Assembly: GCA_035604075.1 (NCBI GenBank)
Contig: DATNJD010000097.1
Coordinates: 1 to 34,006 of the forward strand
Length of the DNA stretch: 34,006 bases
Direction of reading: 5' to 3'
Origin: Acidimicrobiales bacterium
GTDB taxonomy: Bacteria; Actinomycetota; Acidimicrobiia; Acidimicrobiales; UBA8190
Below the pieces are notes generated by a model, which saw only the letters and a list, made by a program, of their open reading frames with translations, was not told the DNA's origin and did no database searches. Position numbers and translations under genes: made by a program. Shown piece after piece: positions 16,663 through 24,441 of the stretch. Numbering within the stretch: the first letter of the stretch is position 1; each line of letters opens with the position of its first letter.

Positions 16663-17172
16663 CTACCCCACCGCCCGGTTGAAACGGGCCAGCAGCTCAC
16701 GCTCGCGGCGCTCCATACGTTCGGCTTCCTCGTCGACGTCATGGTCCATACCCAGAAGATGCAACAAACCGTGGACGACGAGAAGGGCCATTTCGTCGTC
16801 CACGCTCACGCCGTGTTCGACGGCGTTGCGCGCCGCCACGGCCGGACAGACGACGACGTCACCGAGGAGGACGGGTATGTCGTCTTCGTCCGGGGCCCCC
16901 GCACCCGGTCCCGTCCCCCCCTCGTCGGGAGAGCGGCCACTGGGCTCGGGCTCCTCGTCGATGGGAAAGGCGAGGACGTCGGTGGGCCCGGCCTGGCCGA
17001 GGAATTTCTGGCGGAGCTCCGCGATGGTGCCCTCGTCGACGAAGAGCAGCGAGACCTCGATGTCGTCCTTCACGCCCTGGGCACCGAGGACGTTGCGGGC
17101 CAGCTCGGCGAAGCGGCCGATGTCGACCGCCCGGTCGGTCTGCTCGTCGGCGGCGAAGATGTCAGCGGGCAT
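16663..17172 (-). CDS. ybeY: rRNA maturation RNase YbeY
   Basis: Zinc motif HGLLHLLGMDH. Canonical position between phoH and the CBS/CorC gene. Confidence 0.92.
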   Translation of the reverse strand: MPADIFAADEQTDRAVDIGRFAELARNVLGAQGVKDDIEVSLLFVDEGTIAELRQKFLGQAGPTDVLAFPIDEEPEPSGRSPDEGGTGPGAGAPDEDDIPVLLGDVVVCPAVAARNAVEHGVSVDDEMALLVVHGLLHLLGMDHDVDEEAERMERRERELLARFNRAVG

Positions 17173-18142
17173 CGTCGTGTCCCGTCCGCCCCGTGCCCCC
17201 GTCGGTCGCCCTCTCGTAGGCGGCGACGATATCGGCGACGATGCGGGCCCGGACCACGTCGCGTTGGGTCAGGTTCACGAACATCACGTCGGGGACACCA
17301 CCGAGCACCTGCTCGAGCCCGGGCAGTCCCGAGCGACCCCCGGGCACGTCGATCTGGGTGACATCGCCGGTGACGACCACCTTCGACCCGAAGCCGATCC
17401 GGGTGAGGAACATCTTCATCTGCTCCGGTGTGGTGTTCTGGGCTTCGTCCAAGATGATGAAACTCCGGTTCAGGGTCCGGCCCCGCATGAAGGCCAGGGG
17501 GGCGACCTCGATGGTGCCCCGCTCGAGCAGCCGCTGCGATCCCTCGGGGCCGAGCAGGTCGTAGAGGGCGTCGTAGAGGGGCCGGAGATAGGGGTCGACC
17601 TTGGCCATGATGTCGCCGGGAAGGAAGCCCAGGCGTTCGCCCGCCTCGACGGCCGGCCGGGTCAGGATGATCCGTTCCACCTCGTGGGCCTGCAGAGCCT
17701 GCACGCCGAGGGCGACGGCCAGGTACGACTTGCCCGTCCCGGCCGGGCCGATGCCGAAGGTGACGGTGTGGTGGGCGATGGCGTCGGTGTAGCGCTTCTG
17801 CCCCGCCGTCTTCGGCCGCACGGTGCGGCCGCGCGCCGAACGCAGGAGCTCGGTGGTGAGGACCTCGGTCGGGCTCACATCGTCCTTCACCATGACGATG
17901 GTCCGGCCCACGTCCGAGGCGTCGAGGCGTTGACCCTGTTCGAGAAGGATGACGAGCTCGTCGAACAAACGACCCACCCGCTCGGCGTCGTCGCCTTCGA
18001 TGCTGATCTCGTTGCCGCGCGCCACGATGCGGGCGTCGGGGAAGGCGTCCTCTATCAGCCGGAGCAACTCGTCTCGTTCGCCCAGGAGTCCGACCATGAG
18101 GTGGTTCCCGGGAACGAGGATCTTGACCGGGGTGGCACTCAC
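17162..18142 (-). CDS. phoH: PhoH-like ATPase
   Basis: Walker A GPAGTGKSYLAVA and ILDEAQN. GTGA overlap with the HIT gene stop, and an 11-nt overlap with ybeY. Confidence 0.92.
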   Translation of the reverse strand: MSATPVKILVPGNHLMVGLLGERDELLRLIEDAFPDARIVARGNEISIEGDDAERVGRLFDELVILLEQGQRLDASDVGRTIVMVKDDVSPTEVLTTELLRSARGRTVRPKTAGQKRYTDAIAHHTVTFGIGPAGTGKSYLAVALGVQALQAHEVERIILTRPAVEAGERLGFLPGDIMAKVDPYLRPLYDALYDLLGPEGSQRLLERGTIEVAPLAFMRGRTLNRSFIILDEAQNTTPEQMKMFLTRIGFGSKVVVTGDVTQIDVPGGRSGLPGLEQVLGGVPDVMFVNLTQRDVVRARIVADIVAAYERATDGGTGRTGHDDAR

Positions 18143-18501
18143 CCGGGAGGCCAGCTCATGGCCCGACCGCCGATTACGTGCAGATGCAGATGGGGCACCG
18201 AGTTGGTGGCGTCCTCGCCCACGTTGAACACCAGCCGGTAGCCGCTGTGGGCCACGCCCTCGTTCTGCGCCACACGGCGCGCCGCGGTGATCATGTCGGC
18301 CACCACCGCGGCGTCGGTGTCCTCGACGGTGGCCGCGTTCTCGATGTGCCGTCGGGGGATGACGAGAAGGTGGACGGGCGCCTGCGGGCTGAGGTCGCGG
18401 AACGCCACGCTGTGCTCGGTCCGGTCGACGATGTCGGCGGGAATCTCACCGGCCACGATGCGGCAGAAGATGCAGTCCTTCGCAGGTGTCGTCTCGCTCA
18501 C
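18139..18501 (-). CDS. HIT (histidine triad) family protein
   Basis: Histidine triad VPHLHLHVIGG and N-terminal CIFCRIVAGEIPA. Confidence 0.9.
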   Translation of the reverse strand: MSETTPAKDCIFCRIVAGEIPADIVDRTEHSVAFRDLSPQAPVHLLVIPRRHIENAATVEDTDAAVVADMITAARRVAQNEGVAHSGYRLVFNVGEDATNSVPHLHLHVIGGRAMSWPPG

Positions 18502-18505
18502 GCGC

Positions 18506-18760
18506 TCACTCGGCAGAACCGCCGGCGTGGACGTCGGCCCGTGACCCCTTCAACTCGGGGTAGAGGTGTTCGAGACTCCCGGGGGCGATGCGGCTCGACT
18601 CGATGAACCGCTCCACGTCCGCCTGCTGGAGACGGATCACCCGGCCGAACTTGTAGGCCGTCACCATTCCCTCGTCGATGAACCGGTACAGGCTCCGCAA
18701 CGTCACGCCCAGGTGCTCGGCCGCCTCTTTGGTGCTCATCCAATGAATCTGTTCGTCCAC
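18506..18760 (-). CDS. small excisionase-family (MerR-like) helix-turn-helix DNA-binding protein
   Basis: STKEAAEHLGVTLRSLYRFIDEGMVTAYKFGRVIRLQQADVERFIE is typical of the Xis-type HTH. Start set at GTG 18760 because AGGAG lies 4 nt upstream. ATG 18739 is an alternative, and the longest ORF reaches 18826. Confidence 0.7.
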   Translation of the reverse strand: MDEQIHWMSTKEAAEHLGVTLRSLYRFIDEGMVTAYKFGRVIRLQQADVERFIESSRIAPGSLEHLYPELKGSRADVHAGGSAE

Positions 18761-18907
18761 CAGTCTCCTGCATCCCTTGCCCTGAGGGCACCGTACCCAT
18801 CCGTGCATTCCGATGCTATCTCGCACCTGTGACGGTTCTGCCGCGGCGCCGACCTGTGAGGAGGCGGTGGTGGCGGCGCCACGACGCGGAAGGCGGCCAC
18901 GGCAGGC

Positions 18908-18943
18908 GGCGCGTCAACGACCGCACGCGCGTCAACGACCGCA
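18908..18943. repeat. 18-bp perfect tandem duplication (plus a partial third copy) in an intergenic region
   Basis: gcgcgtcaacgaccgcac occurs twice (18908..18925 and 18926..18943), followed by gcgcgacgac. Confidence 0.8.
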
Positions 18944-18996
18944 CGCGCGACGACGGCGAGAGGCCTGGTGACGGCAGGCAGCGAAGATGACACAGG

Positions 18997-19016
18997 CCGC
19001 GGCGGGGCCGCCGCGG
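18997..19016 (-). terminator. GC hairpin 8 nt downstream of the bldD-like stop (candidate terminator)
   Basis: ccgcggcgg-gg-ccgccgcgg, with perfectly complementary 9-nt arms. Only a weak T-rich tail (tgtgtcatcttcg) follows on the minus strand. Confidence 0.4.
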
Positions 19017-19024
19017 GGAACGAC

Positions 19025-19627
19025 TCAGGAGGTGACGCGCAGCCCCAATTCGTCGAGGCGGCGGCTCATGGCGTCGGGCGTGACCCCGAAGAGGCAGGCG
19101 ATGGCCCGGAGGTCCTCGGCCCTGATGGTGATCATCCGGCCGTTGAAGTCCTGGCGCTGCACCTGGATCATGCTTAGGAAGCGCCGCAGTAGATCACGCT
19201 CGGGACCGCTGACGGAATTCAATTTGGTCAGGTCGATGGTGACCTTCTCGTGTCCGTCCCACGGCCGTAGTTGACGCCGTGCACGGGCCGGGCTCTCGGC
19301 CTGGCCGTTGCCACCTTCGCGCTCACCGGCGGGGCCCCAACGGTTGGCGTCGTCGTCCTGCGGCAGCAACTGATCGACGGGGACGTCGTAGAGCTTCGCC
19401 AATCGTTGCAAGCGCGGCACCGAGATGGCGCGCTCGCCTCGTTCATAGGCACCGAGAACCGACGCCTTGAACTCTTGATCGGACATGGCCTCGACGGCCT
19501 GCAGAGAGAGACGCATCTGCTTGCGCACGGCGCGCAGGCGCGAACCCACCGCCCGCGCATATGCGGCACGCGCAGTTTCCTCCTGCTCGTCCTCGTCGGG
19601 TACCACCGTCTGGTTGACCATGACCAT
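19025..19627 (-). CDS. bldD: BldD-like transcriptional regulator (XRE HTH N-domain plus C-domain with RxD-X8-RxxD c-di-GMP signature)
   Basis: GAGGA sits 4 nt before ATG 19627. The N-domain (GSRLRAVRKQMRLSLQAVEAMSDQEFKASVLGAYERGERAISVPRLQRLAKLYDVPVDQLLP) closely parallels Streptomyces BldD as I recall it. The C-domain reads IQVQRQDFNGRMITIRAEDLRAIA. Confidence 0.75.
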   Translation of the reverse strand: MVMVNQTVVPDEDEQEETARAAYARAVGSRLRAVRKQMRLSLQAVEAMSDQEFKASVLGAYERGERAISVPRLQRLAKLYDVPVDQLLPQDDDANRWGPAGEREGGNGQAESPARARRQLRPWDGHEKVTIDLTKLNSVSGPERDLLRRFLSMIQVQRQDFNGRMITIRAEDLRAIACLFGVTPDAMSRRLDELGLRVTS

Positions 19628-19772
19628 CGAATCCTCGCTGCTTGCGTTCGTGCGCTGCTAATTGTCTCCCGACGACAACTCCCCCGACAGCCCCCCACGG
19701 ATCTGCCGGACCCCAGAGGAGTCCAGCGGGTCCACAGGGTGTGCCCGCAAACTGCTACCTCAGCCAGTGTTG

Positions 19773-19787
19773 CTCACGCAGCGTGGT
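19773..19787. promoter_or_regulatory. candidate BldD box upstream of the bldD-like gene
   Basis: CTCACGCAGCGTGGT matches 8 of the 9 specified positions of the recalled consensus NTNACNC(A/T)GNGTNAN. It lies about 150 nt upstream of ATG 19627 in a 214-bp intergenic region. Confidence 0.35.
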
Positions 19788-19841
19788 GATTGCAAGGACC
19801 GTTTCGCGTTGCGTCCGTGTTGTGATTCCCGGGCCGGCGTG

Positions 19842-20693
19842 CTAGCGGGTCCGGGCGGGGCCCGAAAGGGCCCCCGCAGCCTCCTGCACGAGACCGTTGC
19901 GCAGGGCACATAAGAGCAGGCCGGCGGCTACGGCCGCCGTCTCGGCCCGCAGTATCCCGGGGCCCAGACCGACCACCGGATACCCCCCCGGGGCCAACTC
20001 GGAATCGTCCCAACCGCCCTCCGGTCCGACCGCCATGGCGGGCATGGCCACGCTCGGTGGATCGCCGCCGGGATGAGCCAGGGCCAGGGGGGCGGGGGCC
20101 ACGGCGGCCGCCAGATCGGCCAGTTCGAGGACCCCCACCACCTCGGGCAGCCAGGGGTTGCGGCTCTGGGCGCCCGCCTCGCGCACCACCCGCCGGAGCC
20201 GCTCGACGGCTTTGGCGCCGCGGTCGCCTTCCCAGCGCACGACGGCGCGGGCCGAGCGCAGCACGGCGATCCGGTCGACGCCGGCCTCGGTCAGTTTCTG
20301 TGCCACCCACTCGGGCCGTTCGCCCTTCACGGGGACGAATCCCACCGTCACCGCGGGCGTCATGCGGGGCGCCACGGTGACCGGCCCGTCGGCCTCGAGC
20401 ATGTCGGCGAGGAGGGCGTCGGGGCGGTCCGCACCCGCGCCCGCCGGGCCCCGGTAGCGGCACAGGCGCCACCGGCCCCGCCCATCCGCGGCCACCACCG
20501 GCTCACCCCGGCGGAGCCGGAGAACCCGGCTCAGGTGATGGGCGTCGTCCGGACCGGGGACGGGCCGGACGAGGTCGGCGACGTAGACGAGGGCGGCCGC
20601 TCCCACCGACGCCGGGTGGCCGACCGGTGACGCCGGTGCCGGTGCCGGTGCCGGTTCTGCGGACGGTGTCTGGTCAGAGGAGGGACCGGGCAC
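19842..20693 (-). CDS. rsmE: 16S rRNA (uracil1498-N3)-methyltransferase RsmE
   Basis: RsmE-like: ...HHLSRVLRLRRGEPVVAADGRGRW..., GFVPVKGERPEWVAQKLTEAGVDRI, GPEGGW and GPGILRAETAAVAA. It holds the conserved position downstream of dnaJ. GTG 20693 has GGGAAG upstream; GTG 20606 is an alternative start. Confidence 0.85.
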   Translation of the reverse strand: MPGPSSDQTPSAEPAPAPAPASPVGHPASVGAAALVYVADLVRPVPGPDDAHHLSRVLRLRRGEPVVAADGRGRWRLCRYRGPAGAGADRPDALLADMLEADGPVTVAPRMTPAVTVGFVPVKGERPEWVAQKLTEAGVDRIAVLRSARAVVRWEGDRGAKAVERLRRVVREAGAQSRNPWLPEVVGVLELADLAAAVAPAPLALAHPGGDPPSVAMPAMAVGPEGGWDDSELAPGGYPVVGLGPGILRAETAAVAAGLLLCALRNGLVQEAAGALSGPARTR

Positions 20694-20708
20694 GGGGGAT
20701 CTTCCCGT

Positions 20709-21830
20709 TCAGCCGAAGGCGGAGCGCAGGCGGGCCATGAGACCCTCGTCGGGCGGCGAGATCTCCTCGGACCGTTCGGCCGCCAGCTGCCGGAGGAGCT
20801 CCTCCTGGGCCTTGGTGAGGTCGGTGGGAGTGTCGACGACGACGTGGACGAGAAGGTCGCCGCGGCCGCGGCCGCGGACGTGGGGAACGCCCCGGCTCCG
20901 GAGCTTCACGACGTGACCGCCCTGGGTGCCGGGGGGGACGGGGAGCGACTCCTGGCCGTCGAGGGTGTCGAAGGCGACGGTGTAGCCGAGGGCGGCCTGG
21001 GCCATGGAGACGTGGAGCTCGGCGTGGATGTCGTTGCCGTCGCGGGCGAACCGGGGATCGGGGGTGACCGAGAGGTGGACGTAGAGATCGCCGGCGGGTC
21101 CCCCGCGGGGGCCGGCCGGGCCACGGCCGGTGAGGCGGAGGGTCGAGCCGTGGTCGACGCCGGCGGGGACGTCCACGGCGTAGGTGCGGCTCTCGACGCG
21201 GCGGCCGTCGCCGGAGCAGTCGGGGCAGGGGCTCGAAATGGCCTCGCCCAGTCCCTGGCAGCGGCGGCACGGCGCGGCCGTCACGACCTGGCCCAAGATG
21301 GACTGGCGGACCCGGCGGAGCTCACCCGTGCCCTGACAGTCGGGACAGCGGACGGCGGTCGTGCCCGCCCGGGCGCCGCTGCCGGCGCAGGTGACGCAGG
21401 GGACGAGGCCGTCGAGGGTGACGTCGTGGCGGGCCCCGAAGACGGCCTCGTGGAAGCTGAGCTCGAGGATCACCTCGGCGTCGGCCCCGCGCACCGGGCC
21501 GCCGCCTCCGGCACCGCGCATACCGCCGCCGAAGAAGGCGTCGAAGATGTCGCCCAGGCCGCCGCCGGCGCCGAAGCCGAAGGGATCGGTCCCCGCGCCG
21601 GCGCGGGGGTCGACGCCGTCGGCACCGAAACGGTCGTAGCGGGCGCGGCGCTCGGGGTCGCGGAGCACCTCGTACGCGCGGGTCACCTCTTTGAAGCGCG
21701 CCTCGGCCCCGGCGTCGCCGCCGTTCGTGTCGGGGTGGAGCTCGCGCGCCTTGCTGCGGTAGGCGCGCTTGATCTCGTCGTCCGAGGCGCTGGCGGCGAG
21801 GCCGAGGAGCGCGTAGTAATCAGCGGCCAC
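20709..21830 (-). CDS. dnaJ: molecular chaperone DnaJ
   Basis: GTG start with GGAGG 5 nt upstream. J-domain DYYALLGL...ELHPD, a Gly-rich linker, and four CxxCxGxG repeats (CVTCAGSG, CPDCQGTG, CRRCQGLG, CPDCSGDG). Confidence 0.95.
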   Translation of the reverse strand: MAADYYALLGLAASASDDEIKRAYRSKARELHPDTNGGDAGAEARFKEVTRAYEVLRDPERRARYDRFGADGVDPRAGAGTDPFGFGAGGGLGDIFDAFFGGGMRGAGGGGPVRGADAEVILELSFHEAVFGARHDVTLDGLVPCVTCAGSGARAGTTAVRCPDCQGTGELRRVRQSILGQVVTAAPCRRCQGLGEAISSPCPDCSGDGRRVESRTYAVDVPAGVDHGSTLRLTGRGPAGPRGGPAGDLYVHLSVTPDPRFARDGNDIHAELHVSMAQAALGYTVAFDTLDGQESLPVPPGTQGGHVVKLRSRGVPHVRGRGRGDLLVHVVVDTPTDLTKAQEELLRQLAAERSEEISPPDEGLMARLRSAFG

Positions 21831-22956
21831 GGTCGCCTCCGTCGCCCGGGGCAGGGCCGCCGAGACGCTCGCCCAGGCGCTCGGCCACGATCTGGACCGA
21901 GGCCAGGGCCCGGGGATAGTTCATGCGGGTGGGGCCGACGACGCCGATGGTGCCGGCCGTCTCGCCGTCGACGGAGACGGGGGCGAGGACGAGGGCGCAG
22001 GAGGCGAGCGGTTCGAAGCCGTGCTCGGAGCCGATGGCCACCGAGAGGCCCCGGTCGAGGATGTGCTCGACCAGCTCCACCACGACGAGCTGCTGCTCGA
22101 GGATGGAGAGGACGGAGCGGACGGTCTCGACGGCGTCGAAGGCCGACGCCATGTGCGACGAGCCCCCCACGAAGACGTTCTCGGGTTCGCCCGTGGTGGA
22201 CAGGTCGGCCAGGGCCTGGGTGCCGAGCCGGACCGCGGCGTCGAAGGCGGCGTCGCCGCTGTCGGGGACGGTCCCCGGGTCGGCCACGGTGCGGCCCCGG
22301 AGGTGGGCCGTCATGTGGGTGGCGGCCGCGGCCAGGACGACGTCGTCGACGGCCCCGGCGTGCTCGCCGCCGATCTCGATGGCCCGCTTCTCGACGGCCC
22401 CGTCGGACAGGACGACGACAAGCAGGGCCAGGTTGGGGCCCAGGTCGACCAGTTGGACCGAGCGGATGGTGGCCGTTTCGTGGGTGGGGCCGACGACCAC
22501 GGCGGCGTAGTCGGTCAGGTTGGCGAGGAGGCCGCTCGTGTGTCCGAGGAGGTCCTCGACGGCCCCGTGGACGTGGGCGAAGAAGCGTCGGACCTCCTGG
22601 CGCTGGACGGGGCCCAGGGTGCCGGGGCTGCCCAGGGTGTCGACGAAGAAGCGGTACCCCTTGTCGGTGGGGATGCGGCCGGCACTCGTGTGGGGCTGGG
22701 TGAGGTAGCCGTCGCGCTCGAGCGCCGCCATGTCGCTGCGAACGGTGGCCGACGAGACCTCCACGCCCGGGGTCCCCGTGATGTGGGCCGACCCGACCGG
22801 CTCGGCCGTCTCGATGTACTCGGAGACAACGGCGGTCAATATGGCCGCCTTGCGCTGATCGAGCTCGGCCTCCTCGGGGCGGGCCGGTTCCGTCGGCTCG
22901 GCCCGGGGGCTCGGGGGGGCGTGGCGCGGCGGGCGCGCTGTGCGGTGCGGGACCAT
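21820..22956 (-). CDS. hrcA: heat-inducible transcriptional repressor HrcA
   Basis: QRKAAILTAVVSEYIETAEPVGSAHI... is an HrcA N-terminal winged helix. 11-nt overlap with dnaJ, and a CIRCE element 8 nt upstream of the ATG. Confidence 0.92.
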   Translation of the reverse strand: MVPHRTARPPRHAPPSPRAEPTEPARPEEAELDQRKAAILTAVVSEYIETAEPVGSAHITGTPGVEVSSATVRSDMAALERDGYLTQPHTSAGRIPTDKGYRFFVDTLGSPGTLGPVQRQEVRRFFAHVHGAVEDLLGHTSGLLANLTDYAAVVVGPTHETATIRSVQLVDLGPNLALLVVVLSDGAVEKRAIEIGGEHAGAVDDVVLAAAATHMTAHLRGRTVADPGTVPDSGDAAFDAAVRLGTQALADLSTTGEPENVFVGGSSHMASAFDAVETVRSVLSILEQQLVVVELVEHILDRGLSVAIGSEHGFEPLASCALVLAPVSVDGETAGTIGVVGPTRMNYPRALASVQIVAERLGERLGGPAPGDGGDRGR

Positions 22957-22963
22957 GGCGGTT

Positions 22964-22990
22964 CTGGCACTCGATTGTACCGAGTGCTAC
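22964..22990. promoter_or_regulatory. CIRCE operator (HrcA binding site)
   Basis: CTGGCACTC-gattgtacc-GAGTGCTAC compared with the consensus TTAGCACTC-N9-GAGTGCTAA. On the minus strand the 9-nt spacer contains TACAAT, a -10-like hexamer. Confidence 0.85.
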
Positions 22991-22997
22991 CTCGGGA

Positions 22998-24428
22998 TCA
23001 TGGCCCGGGGTCTTGAGCAGGTCGTGGTGGGCGCCGGGGCCGCCGGGCCGCCTTCTTGGCCTCGGCAGCGGCGCGGACCCGGGGCAGGGCGACCAGGACG
23101 TAGGCGGTCGAGAGGAGTCCCCCGATGGCGATGACGGCCAGGGGGACGGGATCGAACCGGTTCTGGACCGAGACGCTGGCCGTGGCGGCCAGGACGGCGA
23201 AGACGGCGATGGCCGCCCCCGCCAGGATCCGGGGGGCGGGGAGCCGGAAGGGCCGGGGGTGCTCCGGCAGGCGGGTCCGGAGCCGGAGCACGCAATAGGC
23301 GGCCACGGCATAGATGAGCGCCTCGAGAGCGGCGCCCACGGCCACCAGGACCTCCCAGGAGCCGGTGGCGGCGACCACCAGGGAGACGACCAGGGAGACC
23401 AGGCCCAGGGCGAGGACGGGGACCCAGGGGACGGCGCGGTCGTTCAGCCGGGCGAGGGCGGCGGGCAGGCTGCCCTCGCGGGCGGTGGCGTAGATGAAAC
23501 GGGAGGCGGTGATGAAGCCGCCGTTGAAGGTGTTGACGGCCGTGGCGGCGGTGACCCCGGCCATCAACCACAGGCCGGCCTGGCCGAAGGCGGCCCGGCC
23601 GAGGGACAGCTGGGGATAGGCCGAGCCCAGCTGGTGGTGGGTGAGGACGTGGCTCATGGCCACGGTGATCAGGCAGCAGACGGCGGCCAGGAGGGCCAGG
23701 GCGATGAGCATGCCCCGGTGGATGTCGCGGGGACGGCGGACCTCCTCGGCGTTCGTGGTCACCCACTCGAAGGCACTGAAGAGGAAGACGCCGAGGGCGA
23801 CGGCCTCGAGCAGGTCGGCGGGGTGGTGGCCGTGGAGCGGCGACAACGGGAATCGCAGGGGTCGGTGGCTGCGGACGAGAGCGGTGACGGCGACGACGGC
23901 GGTGGCGACGAGGACGCAGTAGGTGGCGACGTCCTGGACGCCCCCGGCCACCTTGACGCCGCGCAGGTTGGACCCGACGGCGAGGCCGAGGAGGGCGGCG
24001 ATGATGAGCGCCGCCACCGGGGCCGACTGGCCGAGGACGTGGGCGATGGCGGTGCCCACGATGAAGGCGTCGGCCGCCACGACGAGGACGATGGTGGTCA
24101 GGTAGGTGAGGGTGATGGTGAGCGCCACCCGGTCGTCCATCGACCGCTTCATATAGAGGCGGATGGCGGCGGCGGTGGGGAACATGCCGTTGAGCTCGCT
24201 GAAACAGCCCCACGCCAGGAGAGCGAGCAGGCCGGCCGTGGCCACGGCGATCCAGGCCGAGTCCCCCGCCACATAGGCGACGAGGCCGGCGGCGGCCAGG
24301 TATTCGAGAGCGGCGAAGGCGAGGCCGGTGGAGGTGGAGACGACGGTCCGCAGGCCGAGGGCCCGCCGCAGCAGCGCCGCCCCGCCCCGCTCCGGGGCCG
24401 GGGCCGGGGCCGGGGGACCTGCGGTCAC
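22998..24428 (-). CDS. APC superfamily amino acid/amine permease
   Basis: About 12 hydrophobic segments. ...STGLAFAALEYLAAAG..., FSELNGMFPTAAAIRLY and FSAFEWVTTNAEEVRRP are typical of APC permeases. GTG start 13 nt after the SCP2 stop. Confidence 0.85.
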   Translation of the reverse strand: MTAGPPAPAPAPERGGAALLRRALGLRTVVSTSTGLAFAALEYLAAAGLVAYVAGDSAWIAVATAGLLALLAWGCFSELNGMFPTAAAIRLYMKRSMDDRVALTITLTYLTTIVLVVAADAFIVGTAIAHVLGQSAPVAALIIAALLGLAVGSNLRGVKVAGGVQDVATYCVLVATAVVAVTALVRSHRPLRFPLSPLHGHHPADLLEAVALGVFLFSAFEWVTTNAEEVRRPRDIHRGMLIALALLAAVCCLITVAMSHVLTHHQLGSAYPQLSLGRAAFGQAGLWLMAGVTAATAVNTFNGGFITASRFIYATAREGSLPAALARLNDRAVPWVPVLALGLVSLVVSLVVAATGSWEVLVAVGAALEALIYAVAAYCVLRLRTRLPEHPRPFRLPAPRILAGAAIAVFAVLAATASVSVQNRFDPVPLAVIAIGGLLSTAYVLVALPRVRAAAEAKKAARRPRRPPRPAQDPGP

Positions 24429-24441
24429 GGCCGGCCGGGCG

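Noticed and set aside
14854-17361. 835-aa plus-strand ORF
   Set aside because: Antisense to era, the CorC-like gene, ybeY and phoH. The composition is low-complexity and Arg/Gly/Asp-rich. Shadow frame.
18506-18760. Excisionase-family HTH as a marker of a prophage or integrative element
   Set aside because: No integrase, recombinase, tRNA, att-like flanking repeats or phage genes are in the window. The gene is tightly coupled to housekeeping genes.
18736-18993. 85-aa minus-strand ORF whose TGA overlaps ATG 18739 (possible coupled upstream ORF)
   Set aside because: Third-position G/C is clearly lower than in real genes here (many A/T-ending codons). It translates the 18-bp tandem repeat (AVVDARAVVDA) and has no SD. 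The HTH gene more likely starts at GTG 18760, which removes the apparent coupling.
19628-19720. C-rich tracts (ctcccccgacagcccccc) and the CTCCCGAC / CTCCCCCGAC direct repeat as a possible 6C-type small RNA
   Set aside because: I could not find convincing flanking stems that place the C-runs in loops. The region is more simply the 5' UTR or promoter of the bldD-like gene.
20844-23311. 619-aa plus-strand ORF (20844..22703) and 542-aa minus-strand ORF (21683..23311)
   Set aside because: They are antisense or alternative frames of dnaJ, hrcA and the permease. The products are extremely Arg/Pro/Gly-rich and have no motifs.
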